From: Blastocatellia bacterium
Lineage (GTDB): Bacteria; Acidobacteriota; Blastocatellia; UBA7656
Assembly: GCA_035258805.1 (NCBI GenBank)
Contig: DATFWY010000003.1
Location: 18,839-82,838 of the forward strand
Reading direction: 5' to 3'
DNA length: 64,000 nt
Below the pieces are notes generated by a model that was not told the DNA's origin, searched no databases, and saw nothing but the letters and a program-made list of their open reading frames with translations. Each line of letters opens with the position of its first letter. The stretch's first letter is position 1. Made by a program: the position numbers and the translations under genes. This document shows positions 10,144-18,667 of this stretch, in pieces.

Positions 10144-11391
10144 ATGATACTTTGTCAGCAATGCACTCATGAAAATCCCTACAATAGAGAGTCGTGTGTA
10201 GTTTGTGGTGCCCGGTTAATGATAATAACCAGCACTCCCACCGCAGCAGCTTACGGAGGGATTGACAGTCTCGTCCGACCGACTCTCGAAGAACATCTGC
10301 TTGAGCGTATCAGCTCACTCGAGTCCCAATTGGAGCGCGCGCAGGATCGCCTCGAGCTGGTCCTGGATCTGGTTCACCGGCAGGCGACGAGTGGCTTGTA
10401 TGATCATGCGATGCTGGATGCTCTGGTCGAACACCTTTCGGAACGAGGAGCAGTCGAAGGCGGAAAGCTGGAGACGTTGTGGCGCGATCGAATCGCCGAA
10501 CATTATGAAGAAGCAAGCGAGCAGGAAGAGTTCGACAAGCGCGTAGAAAACATGCTCAGTGGCTTTGGAGGAGAGAACTTTGATCTCTTCGCTCGGTTGC
10601 TTGATACCGGAGCCGATCTCTACGTCGAGGGAAACGCCAAACGAGGAATCAGATACTTCGAAAAGGCGCTTGTTCTTGATCCGGCAAATGTAATTCTGGC
10701 GCTTTTCATCGGAGAGCACTTCTTTCGGTTCAATCGGCCGGTGCTCGCCCGTCCCTATCTCGAACGCGCGATACAGGAGGAAGCAGATAACTTCACCGCT
10801 AGATTGATGCTGGGCGTCATCTGCGGCGATGACGGAGAGCTGGATTCTGCTAAACAGCATCTCAGCCGGGCGTTAAAGATTAGAAGAAACTCATTTGCGG
10901 CTCACTACGGGCTCGGGCGAATCCTGGCGAGCGAAGGACGGGTGCGCGAAGCGCTCACACATCTGAAGCGTGCGCTGAGGCTCAAGCCAACTCCCGAAAT
11001 GTATTATCTGGTCGGTCGCGCATATCTCGAGGAGGGTCGTACCGAAGTGGCGGTGAGGCACCTCAGGCGCTGCGTGGAGCTTGACCCGAAATTCGACGCT
11101 GCGTTGTATCACCTCGGGCTCATTTACCTGAGGCAGGAAAACCTATTAATGGCGCAAGAGCATTTTCGAGCAGCCTACGAGATTAATCCACGAGAATCCC
11201 GCTATCGCACAGCCCTGCGCGCCCGGAAAGCGGGCCAGCTGACGCCTCTTCCCGTCTTCGGACGAGCCGCCGTCTCAAAACGTAAGGTAGTAAGTAGCGG
11301 AGACGTGAGACTTGTAGAGCTACTGCGCAGCGATCTTCTCGAGCTGCAGAAGCCAGCTGAAGAGGTCAGGAAGGGACAAAAAAGAAGTTAG
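10144..11391 (+). CDS. Zinc-ribbon (CxxC..CxxC) + coiled-coil + TPR repeat protein
   Basis: The N-terminus is MILCQQCTHENPYNRESCVVCGARL. The C-terminal half carries at least 6 TPR-like repeats (AHYGLGRILASEGRVREAL, YYLVGRAYLEEGRTEVAV, ALYHLGLIYLRQENLLMA). Confidence 0.6.
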   Translation: MILCQQCTHENPYNRESCVVCGARLMIITSTPTAAAYGGIDSLVRPTLEEHLLERISSLESQLERAQDRLELVLDLVHRQATSGLYDHAMLDALVEHLSERGAVEGGKLETLWRDRIAEHYEEASEQEEFDKRVENMLSGFGGENFDLFARLLDTGADLYVEGNAKRGIRYFEKALVLDPANVILALFIGEHFFRFNRPVLARPYLERAIQEEADNFTARLMLGVICGDDGELDSAKQHLSRALKIRRNSFAAHYGLGRILASEGRVREALTHLKRALRLKPTPEMYYLVGRAYLEEGRTEVAVRHLRRCVELDPKFDAALYHLGLIYLRQENLLMAQEHFRAAYEINPRESRYRTALRARKAGQLTPLPVFGRAAVSKRKVVSSGDVRLVELLRSDLLELQKPAEEVRKGQKRS

Positions 11392-11419
11392 AAAGAAATT
11401 CCAACCGACTAAGAAGCAG

Positions 11420-11457
11420 AAAAGGCAAAAGCGAGAGTTTCTCACTTTTGCCTTTTC
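11420..11457. terminator. Bidirectional rho-independent terminator-like hairpin between convergent genes
   Basis: AAAAGGCAAAAG-(loop)-CTTTTGCCTTTT has a perfect 12-bp stem with A/T runs on both sides. Confidence 0.6.
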
Positions 11458-11479
11458 CATTTCTTACGTTTCGGGTCGA

Positions 11480-11740
11480 TCAATGGGCTGTCAGACTATC
11501 GTGGGATCTACTACCGTTCGGAAGAACCGACACACTGCGTGTCGTGGTTCCAAACGCCTCGCTCGTATCAGTGGTCAAGCTGTAAATATCAAAGCCTAAA
11601 GAATCTAGATAGGTTGCGAGGTCGTCGCTTGACGATATGAACAGAATGGGATCGTGTCCGAAGTAATCCGTTATCTCGAGCAGTCGCTCGATAACCTCAA
11701 TCGGTTCAAATGTTCTTGCCGGATCCCGAAAGCTAGCCAT
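11480..11740 (-). CDS. Hypothetical small protein (86 aa)
   Basis: This is an ORF only, with no recognisable motif and weak translation signals. Confidence 0.25.
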   Translation of the reverse strand: MASFRDPARTFEPIEVIERLLEITDYFGHDPILFISSSDDLATYLDSLGFDIYSLTTDTSEAFGTTTRSVSVLPNGSRSHDSLTAH

Positions 11741-11935
11741 CGTTCGCTCCTTTCAATAGTTAATACGCGCCATCCGTCGATTTGGTTTGTCAATTACTCG
11801 TTTTTTAAGATGCTCTCGCATACTTCAAAAGTTGGTTTTTGTCACACTCTGAGTGACGGCCAGCATTGCCACTCGATTACTAGAACGATGTAATACTTGC
11901 AGCTTGCATTCCATGATTGAGGTTCAAAGACCCTT

Positions 11936-11965
11936 ACAAAAGAAAAACCGGCGGTGAAGCCGGTT
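11936..11965 (-). terminator. Rho-independent terminator of the fmdB-like gene
   Basis: On the minus strand the stem AACCGGC-ttcacc-GCCGGTT is followed by TTTTTCTTTT. It lies 30-60 nt downstream of the stop at 11996. Confidence 0.65.
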
Positions 11966-11995
11966 CTTCTATCCGAAGCTGGTTGACTGTCTCTC

Positions 11996-12289
11996 TTAAT
12001 CACCATCGCTGGCGGTTGCGGTTGAGGCGGCAGGCTCGGCCTTCTTTTCAGGCTTTTTCTCAGTCTTATTCTTTGCCCCTGTAGCCTCGGTAGCGCCAGC
12101 TGGCTCCTTCTTGCGTGAGTAATCGGTAACGTACCATCCAGATCCCTTAAACTGAAAACTCGTGCGAGATATAGTCTTTTCGAGCTTTCCGCGACACTTT
12201 GAGCACCGCTTTAAGGGCGGATCACTTATCTTTTGAATTACCTCAATATGAGATCCACACTTCTCACATTTGTATTCGTAAATAGGCAT
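11996..12289 (-). CDS. FmdB-family zinc-ribbon protein with a Lys/Glu/Ala-rich C-terminal tail
   Basis: MPIYEYKCEKCGSHIEVIQKISDPPLKRCSKCRGKLEKTISRT is the canonical FmdB CxxC..CxxC motif. ATG at 12289 is preceded by GGAGG. The ORF-track start at 12397 is rejected. Confidence 0.8.
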   Translation of the reverse strand: MPIYEYKCEKCGSHIEVIQKISDPPLKRCSKCRGKLEKTISRTSFQFKGSGWYVTDYSRKKEPAGATEATGAKNKTEKKPEKKAEPAASTATASDGD

Positions 12290-12400
12290 AAAAACTCCTC
12301 CGATAGAACGATCAATAGTAACACGCCGGCATATGTGCGGCAAGATAAGGCCTTTTTTGGCTTCATTTCGCGAGTGAAAAAGGTTTTGAATTTGCAATCT

Positions 12401-12505
12401 GACAGTCGAAATCTGAATCTGAATCGGAAACCGAAAGTGAAATTTGAAATTTTGAATTAGTCTGAATCTGAACTTGAAATAATATTGAAATAATTTTGAA
12501 ATTGG
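12401..12505. repeat. A/T-rich array of TGAAAT/TGAATC words in the fmdB upstream region
   Basis: TGAA(A/T)T occurs at 12438, 12445, 12453, 12463, 12475, 12486 and 12497. The last four are 10-12 bp apart, one helical turn. Confidence 0.5.
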
Positions 12506-12572
12506 TTTTTACACCGGCGCTGGCGCAAGGTTTCAAACTTCAACAAGCACGACTCAAATGCTTGCCAATTAC

Positions 12573-13646
12573 TCACAGATGTTTGCGCAGGTAATTAGCC
12601 AACAAGAAGCCGGCGTAGTATTTGTACGGCGCTCGTCCCAAAGTGTAGTGACCGCAGCGCACCAATGCCTTTTCAAACCTCACTCCGTACCGGTCGCATT
12701 CCGCAAACAATAGACGGGATAGCTCGGGCGTAAAAGATAAATCGTACACTGCCGATATCATCAGGCCGCGACGTTCATCTCCCGCCAGTCGATTGACATA
12801 AGAGTTGGGACTGATTGCGAGGAACGCCTTTCTCACGTCCTCCCTACCAACCTCGGTTTCGAGACCCTTCCTGACGTGCGCAGTGGTTAACCCATCCCAG
12901 ACTACGTCTCCAAAGTAGCTCGATACATGATAGTAAACTCCGACGTTAATTTTTGGCTCGTGTATGAAGGTCAGAAATGCGATGCACGAGCCCAGGCTAG
13001 TCCCAACTATTCCGATCCGGTCATAACCCTGATCTGCCAACCAGTGGATTGCCGCTCTGGTATCAAGCACAGCCTGGCGGTTGGCCTGAAGCGTTCGGCC
13101 GATATTTGCGCTCACCATGAAATCTGCGCGTTCAAATCCAAGAAGCATCCGACGATCGTGATAAGGCAGACTCAGCCGAAGCGCTGCAATGCCCGTTCGA
13201 TTGAGGAAACCACATAAGGCGACGTGCTCATGTGCCTTGGCATTCCAGTGAGGCAGCACTACGACTGCCCGGCCCCGTGACCGCTGGATTTCATCCTGGC
13301 GCGAACTCTTTGCGGATCCACCGTTATTTTGCACCGGAAAGTAACGGGCATACGCGGTGTTGTTCTCAACAAAAGGGGTCTTTACTGCGCTCTCGAACGA
13401 AAGCCAGCCCTCCTCGAATCGAAAGCCAGGAACCCGGTCCCATGAAAAAAACTGATGGCTGTTTGATATCGCTTGCTGGTTGAACTTGAAGATTGCGTTG
13501 CGGCTGTCGGCTGTACCTGCACTTTCGTCAGGGATCAGATTTTTAGGATCGAGCGAATCTATTCCCCATTCAAATGGTCTTACTACTCGATTATTGTCTC
13601 TTCGAGAGAGCTTCCGCTCCCAGGTGTGAATGACTTGTTTTAGCAT
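12573..13646 (-). CDS. Alpha/beta-hydrolase fold protein
   Basis: The nucleophile elbow GTSLGS is followed by CIAFLTFIHEP, with an HW..AKAHEH region upstream. Total length is 357 aa. Confidence 0.6.
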   Translation of the reverse strand: MLKQVIHTWERKLSRRDNNRVVRPFEWGIDSLDPKNLIPDESAGTADSRNAIFKFNQQAISNSHQFFSWDRVPGFRFEEGWLSFESAVKTPFVENNTAYARYFPVQNNGGSAKSSRQDEIQRSRGRAVVVLPHWNAKAHEHVALCGFLNRTGIAALRLSLPYHDRRMLLGFERADFMVSANIGRTLQANRQAVLDTRAAIHWLADQGYDRIGIVGTSLGSCIAFLTFIHEPKINVGVYYHVSSYFGDVVWDGLTTAHVRKGLETEVGREDVRKAFLAISPNSYVNRLAGDERRGLMISAVYDLSFTPELSRLLFAECDRYGVRFEKALVRCGHYTLGRAPYKYYAGFLLANYLRKHL

Positions 13647-14340
13647 CTTAAAGTGAGTTCCATTAGGCCAACCGTGAGGTCATTCTAATGGAGAGCTGAG
13701 ATGTTGCTCAAGCGAGGTACTGACACGGCTCCGAGTCTGTATGTAAATCAGGCGTTCCACAGTGTCGAGATTTGAATCGAGAAGGCCTCGCTCGCATAAA
13801 AATGAAACGATTGCTGTTGCTTTCCGTCTATGATTACAGGGGGTCTGATGAGTACACCAGGACGAAAAGAACCAGACGGATGCGATGGCAATCCGCTGGC
13901 GGTGTGTGTAAATGACTGCCAACTCGACTATGGACAGCCGAGCTCTCAATTAGTGCAGGTCTGCTTTCAGGTACACTGCGCTTTTGCAGAGATGCGTTGG
14001 GGGCGGTCAGCGGCAATATCTTTTGAGCTCTCCCAAACCGTATCAGATGAGAACGTGCCTAAGCACCAACAATAGGCGAGGCGGTTCTTCTGGCGGATCA
14101 ATCTTGTACAGATCAACCTAAAAACCACCTACAGATGAGTCTGTGTGTGAGAATCCTGGATCCGCCATTGGCTGCGGCTACGGTGGTATCAGGACCTCTG
14201 AGGGTCGCTGTCTGTCGCATACAACCGTCTTTTTGCCAAAAATACCATTAGCCAGCTACACCGACGATGGACTGATCTGGCAAAATATGAAACTCGTTCC
14301 GATCCGGAATTAGTTTTTCAAGGATAGATGGGAGACCGCT

Positions 14341-14604
14341 ATGAACCTTCCAGACGAATGCGTCCTTGTTCAAAGGGAATCGCCTTATCAATACACTCAG
14401 GACGGGCTCGAGCTTAGAGAGCTGGCCCATCAGTCGCTCATTCCGCTCTTCATCGAGTTCATGAACCGAGGTTATAGCCCTTATCAAATCTGTTCAGTGA
14501 TACATGACGGCGTAGCCGAAATGAGCCGCGAGATTATCGGCGTTCACAGGACGGCAGGTAAGGAAGCCGCGGACAAGATGTTGCAAGATAAGTTAAAACC
14601 GTAA
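14341..14604 (+). CDS. Hypothetical small protein (87 aa)
   Basis: An ORF with GGGAG 8 nt upstream of ATG. No motif recognised. It lies in an otherwise gene-poor ~1 kb stretch. Confidence 0.3.
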   Translation: MNLPDECVLVQRESPYQYTQDGLELRELAHQSLIPLFIEFMNRGYSPYQICSVIHDGVAEMSREIIGVHRTAGKEAADKMLQDKLKP

Positions 14605-14624
14605 GCCGCTGCTCGTTGCAACAA

Positions 14625-15011
14625 TCACCGTTTCTTCGCGGCTGAGTTTTGGCGTTCAACAAGCTCGGCGTATTGTTCCTCCATCTGCTCCAGTCTCGCA
14701 CGAGCGTCTGAATCGGCCCCTCTCATAAGCAGGAAGCCGTACAACAAAAGGCCGATGGCAACGCTGCCTGCAATCGCAGTAATCCAGGTTAAAGCCTCGC
14801 GGCTCACACCCAGCATCTGCCATACAAGCTGTTTCGTGGAAAACAGGTCATAAGCCGCTCCAGCGGACAGGAGAAGAAGAAACACGCCCAAGCCGAGAGC
14901 GGCGGCGATTTTCGCCTTTAAGGAATCAACCTCGTAGCCGAGGTCGCTAATGCTCGAACGCAGGTTCCGTAGTTGAACGTCGATGGACTCGCAGTTGTCG
15001 GAATCAGGCAT
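14625..15011 (-). CDS. Small membrane protein with two TM helices and a coiled-coil C-terminus
   Basis: The hydrophobic segments are AAALGLGVFLLLLSAGAAYDLF and WITAIAGSVAIGLLLYGFLLM. It lies immediately downstream of lepB on the same strand. Confidence 0.45.
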   Translation of the reverse strand: MPDSDNCESIDVQLRNLRSSISDLGYEVDSLKAKIAAALGLGVFLLLLSAGAAYDLFSTKQLVWQMLGVSREALTWITAIAGSVAIGLLLYGFLLMRGADSDARARLEQMEEQYAELVERQNSAAKKR

Positions 15012-15026
15012 GGACCCGGTCTATTC

Positions 15027-16004
15027 TTACTTAATAAACTTGCCGGTCCTGGACCAACGGGATTTGGTAAAGAAGTCCTTGATTTGATTTGAGCCGCCTT
15101 CGCCGTTGTTATTTCGATCGATCGACCAGTACACAAACATCGCTCGCCCTACTATGCTGTTCCTCGGAACGGTTCCCCAGAAGCGGCTATCGAGGCTGTT
15201 GTCGCGGTTGTCTCCCATGCAGAAATACTGATCGCTATCGTAATGTCCATCGTTATCAGCGTCGTAGATCCGCTGGAGCTGTGGATCGCTTCGGATCTCA
15301 TCAGGTACTGGGTCACCTTTGACAGGCACCTTGAATGGCTGCCGGGTTCCGTATGTTGCACTGTCATCATTAAAGCTCGAGGCGACGCTCTCGTGATCGT
15401 TCTGATAATAATAGACCGTCCAATTCGTTCCTTGCCCTTCCTGATCGCTTCGAACAGTCTCGAGTGGAGATGCATCGTCGTTGTTGTACTGCGGTTCCAC
15501 AAAAACCCGGCGTTCAGGCAACGGTTGGCCGTTTACGTAGACGGTATTAGTCCTGGCGTCGTATTCCACTGTCTCGCCAGGAAGGCCGATCACTCGTTTG
15601 ACGAAGTTTGTTTCCGGTGTCCTTGGAAACTTGAAAACGACTATGTCCCCTCTTCTGATCTGCCGCTCTGGAAGTAGTGGTATGTTGAAGCGATCGGGAC
15701 CAAAAATAAATTTGTTAACCAGCAAGTGATCTTGAATCCAGATCGTGTTTTTCATTGATCCGGTCGGGACCTTAACAGCCTGGACTATGAAGGTCATCCC
15801 GAACAGGGCCATTATCAGAGTGACAACAGCTGATTCAAAGTATTCGCGCGGTAAGCTCTTCTTAAAATTGACTTGATGTGGGTCTCGTTTCTTTACGTCA
15901 ACCGTTCGGACCTCAGGGAGCGGCAGTCTTTCGGCGGATCCCTGTGCCTCTTTTACTTCAGTAGCTGCCTCTTCATGTGTTGTTAATTCTAACTGGTCAC
16001 TCAT
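15027..16004 (-). CDS. lepB: Signal peptidase I
   Basis: S26 family boxes are present: an N-terminal TM, GSMKNTI (Ser box), GDIVVFKFP, and GDNRDNSLDSRFWG near the C-terminus. Confidence 0.9.
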   Translation of the reverse strand: MSDQLELTTHEEAATEVKEAQGSAERLPLPEVRTVDVKKRDPHQVNFKKSLPREYFESAVVTLIMALFGMTFIVQAVKVPTGSMKNTIWIQDHLLVNKFIFGPDRFNIPLLPERQIRRGDIVVFKFPRTPETNFVKRVIGLPGETVEYDARTNTVYVNGQPLPERRVFVEPQYNNDDASPLETVRSDQEGQGTNWTVYYYQNDHESVASSFNDDSATYGTRQPFKVPVKGDPVPDEIRSDPQLQRIYDADNDGHYDSDQYFCMGDNRDNSLDSRFWGTVPRNSIVGRAMFVYWSIDRNNNGEGGSNQIKDFFTKSRWSRTGKFIK

Positions 16005-16041
16005 AATCGATAATTATCCCAAAGCTCCTGACTGTCCACAA

Positions 16042-17043
16042 TCAGACATCATTGGATACGCTAAGTACCTCGAGTTCGTTCTCCTCGTCTCGTGAAAGCC
16101 CCTCATTTGATTTCGCGCTTACAGACGATTCATTTTCTGCGGACTCAATGCTGCGCCCGTTCTCGCTTGTCGAACCTGCCTGTACTTCCAGCTGGGACAA
16201 CCCATCATCAGAAGCTCCATAAACTGACGTAACTTCCTCGTGGTGTACGATATCCTGAGCCGGCTGCATAGGACTGTCGAGTTCGCGTGCGTTCGCTGCT
16301 GCGTGTCGCCTTGCCTCAATGCGGGATGTGATTAAGTCTTCAGGCGACTCCAGGACAAAACGCGCAGCTTCTTGCTGTGCGAGTTTAATTGTATGGCCTT
16401 CGCCGGTGGCCAGTGCGCGGCCTCCGATCCTGAGCTCGACCCGGAAGGTCCTACGATGATCAGGTCCCAGGACCTCGACGACGGCATAATCGGGTCCGGG
16501 TCCGCCAGCCGCCTGCAGTCTTTCTTGCAATGCTGATTTGTAGTCGGCTCCAATCATCGATGCCGGATCGATGCTCAAGAGCTTCTCTCGCAATTCGCGC
16601 CGCAAGAACTTCTCCGCGACTTCTATTCCGCCATCGACATACAAAACTCCGATCAGTGCTTCATAAGCATCTGCGAGCAGCGCACGTTTTCGACGGCCGC
16701 CGGTCTTCTCTTCGCCGCGGTTTAGCAAAATGTAGTTGCCGAGATCCAATGCTTCAGCGATCTCTACGAGCCTCGATTCGCTCACAAGGTACGCTTTCAT
16801 CTTCGAGAGCTTTCCTTCCGACAAATCAGGGAAGCGCTCCAATAGCCACGCACTGACTACAAAACCCAGCACCGAATCTCCGAGGAATTCCAACGCTTCA
16901 TTGTGCTGGCAATTCTCACCAACACGCTCATTTGCAAAAGAACGGTGCGTGAGAGCTCGATCCAAAAGCGCGCGTGATCGGAAGGAATAACCGATCTTCT
17001 GTTCGAGCTCGGAGAGTAGTTTTTCTCGTTCGAGAAGAATCAT
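16042..17043 (-). CDS. rnc: Ribonuclease III with an extended acidic C-terminal tail
   Basis: The RNase III signature is HRSFANE...NERLEFLGDSVLG. A dsRBD follows (GPDHRRTFRVELRIGGRALATGEGHTIKLAQQEAA). Confidence 0.9.
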   Translation of the reverse strand: MILLEREKLLSELEQKIGYSFRSRALLDRALTHRSFANERVGENCQHNEALEFLGDSVLGFVVSAWLLERFPDLSEGKLSKMKAYLVSESRLVEIAEALDLGNYILLNRGEEKTGGRRKRALLADAYEALIGVLYVDGGIEVAEKFLRRELREKLLSIDPASMIGADYKSALQERLQAAGGPGPDYAVVEVLGPDHRRTFRVELRIGGRALATGEGHTIKLAQQEAARFVLESPEDLITSRIEARRHAAANARELDSPMQPAQDIVHHEEVTSVYGASDDGLSQLEVQAGSTSENGRSIESAENESSVSAKSNEGLSRDEENELEVLSVSNDV

Positions 17044-17272
17044 TGGTACGGCCGCAACACTATACGTTGCTCAACAGTCACAATACCATAATCGATACGA
17101 TGAGTCATTAGTGACTGTAGGCAGTGGTCGCATCCTTTGACGGCAATAGGGGGAGGGATTATTCAGTTTCAGCTTCAACGAGCGAAGGCTGTTCGATCAA
17201 ACCAGAAATGATTAACCCGCAACATTCAGTCGCTCATGCTGCGGGTCCTTGAACACTTTGTTGAATCTTGTT

Positions 17273-18376
17273 TCAGCGAGGCTTCTTACCTGTCACCGGC
17301 TTCGCTGCTGCGTTTCCAGCGTCGGCTGCCGGTTTAGTCGGAGTAGTCGATTGCGGCGGCGGAACCGTCATCTTGACCGGTGTTGGGCCGGTCTTATTCG
17401 CTTCGATAAGTTTGGTCAGTCCTTCTTCCGAGTTGTTATTGAGAAACTTATAAAGCCCCGAAACTACGCTCATGACGGTGGTTCTTGCCTCGCTCGGTTT
17501 ATCCATCGTGAGACCCAAGTACCTCGCCCAGCAATTAACCACCGGTTCAGCTTTACTCCTAACGTCGGCAAGTGCCGTCTTTGCTTCTTCAAGTGCAGCC
17601 TTTACATCTGGCTTAGGATCGGCTGCGTTCCGATCTGCCTCAGGTATGGCATCCGCCTTTTTCTGAGCGGCGTCATACTTTTGGGCTGCAACGTTGTAAC
17701 GATCGTTGTTGATGCGCCCGCAGTGAAAGAAGTAAGCCGCGTTTGTGGGATCCAGCTCAGCAGCCTTAGTGTATTCTGCAAGTGATTTTTCGGCGTCCTT
17801 ACTGTTATCCGCGACCAGAGCCAGGGTTTGATGCAGGTAACCGAGTGTGACGTTCTTGTTGAATTTTGCCGCGTCGACGCCGGTTAATGTCTTGCCGGAT
17901 TCGAAAAGCCGAATTGCGCGCTGCGAGAGATCGGTCGTGTCTGCAGCATGAGCAAAATTGTTCTTAGCGATTTCATTAGTGCGGATTTCAACAACTACAG
18001 CCCAAATGTAGTCGAGGTTATCAGGGTCCTCTGCAAGAACTTCCTTTGCTATTCGAATCTCCCCGGCAACATCGCCCTTGTCATGGGCTTCTTTATACAT
18101 CATCCCGCGAACTCCGGGGATCCATTTGGTTTTCAAATATTGAATGTTCGTTGCATTTCCATTTGGAAACTTCTGCAAATAAGCCTTAGCCAACTCCATA
18201 GCCTTTGGATAATCTTTGGCCTGGTTAGCATCAAACCATGCTTTGTACGCCGCAGCTTCTTCAGCCGACGGATCCTGAACACTCGGTCCAGTGACATTTG
18301 TTCTTGCCGACGCGAGGGGCACATACATCGACATCAACAGCATTAACGCTGTTATCGTTATTATTGATCTTTTCAT
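17273..18376 (-). CDS. Secreted hypothetical protein, alpha-helical/TPR-like, with an Ala/Pro-rich C-terminus
   Basis: Signal peptide MKRSIITITALMLLMSMYVPLASA. AGGAGG lies 11 nt upstream of ATG 18376. No catalytic motif recognised. Confidence 0.5.
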   Translation of the reverse strand: MKRSIITITALMLLMSMYVPLASARTNVTGPSVQDPSAEEAAAYKAWFDANQAKDYPKAMELAKAYLQKFPNGNATNIQYLKTKWIPGVRGMMYKEAHDKGDVAGEIRIAKEVLAEDPDNLDYIWAVVVEIRTNEIAKNNFAHAADTTDLSQRAIRLFESGKTLTGVDAAKFNKNVTLGYLHQTLALVADNSKDAEKSLAEYTKAAELDPTNAAYFFHCGRINNDRYNVAAQKYDAAQKKADAIPEADRNAADPKPDVKAALEEAKTALADVRSKAEPVVNCWARYLGLTMDKPSEARTTVMSVVSGLYKFLNNNSEEGLTKLIEANKTGPTPVKMTVPPPQSTTPTKPAADAGNAAAKPVTGKKPR

Positions 18377-18667
18377 CGGGCGATACTCCTCCTGAAATCT
18401 TTTGCCACAAGCATTCTTAAAAGAATCTTTCCGCCTATAACCGTTGTGTTATGCTGAAATTTTGCAACTCTGGGATGCGTGCGAAGCAGTCGGAGTTGCT
18501 GACTACCACTCACGGGAAAAGCGCAGAATGCATAGTCGCACGCACGATTATTTCTTGTCAAGCAAACACCATTGTCAGCAAACGACGTCGGCTGCGCTTG
18601 CATACTGGACGCGTTCACGGAACGATTGAAGCGCACACATAGCCCCTAAAACACATGGCCCGAAACC

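Noticed and set aside
12289-12397. Longer N-terminal extension of the fmdB-like ORF (ORF-track start 12397)
   Set aside because: The FmdB family starts MPxYEYxC. ATG 12289 has a GGAGG RBS, and the extension is not conserved-looking.
13844-13867. Hammerhead-ribozyme-like core CUGAUGA...GAAA (GGGGTCTGATGAGTACACCAGGACGAAAAG)
   Set aside because: The sequence between CUGAUGA and GAAA does not form a convincing stem II. No flanking stems I/III with the cleavage-site UH could be found. The two short motifs are expected by chance.
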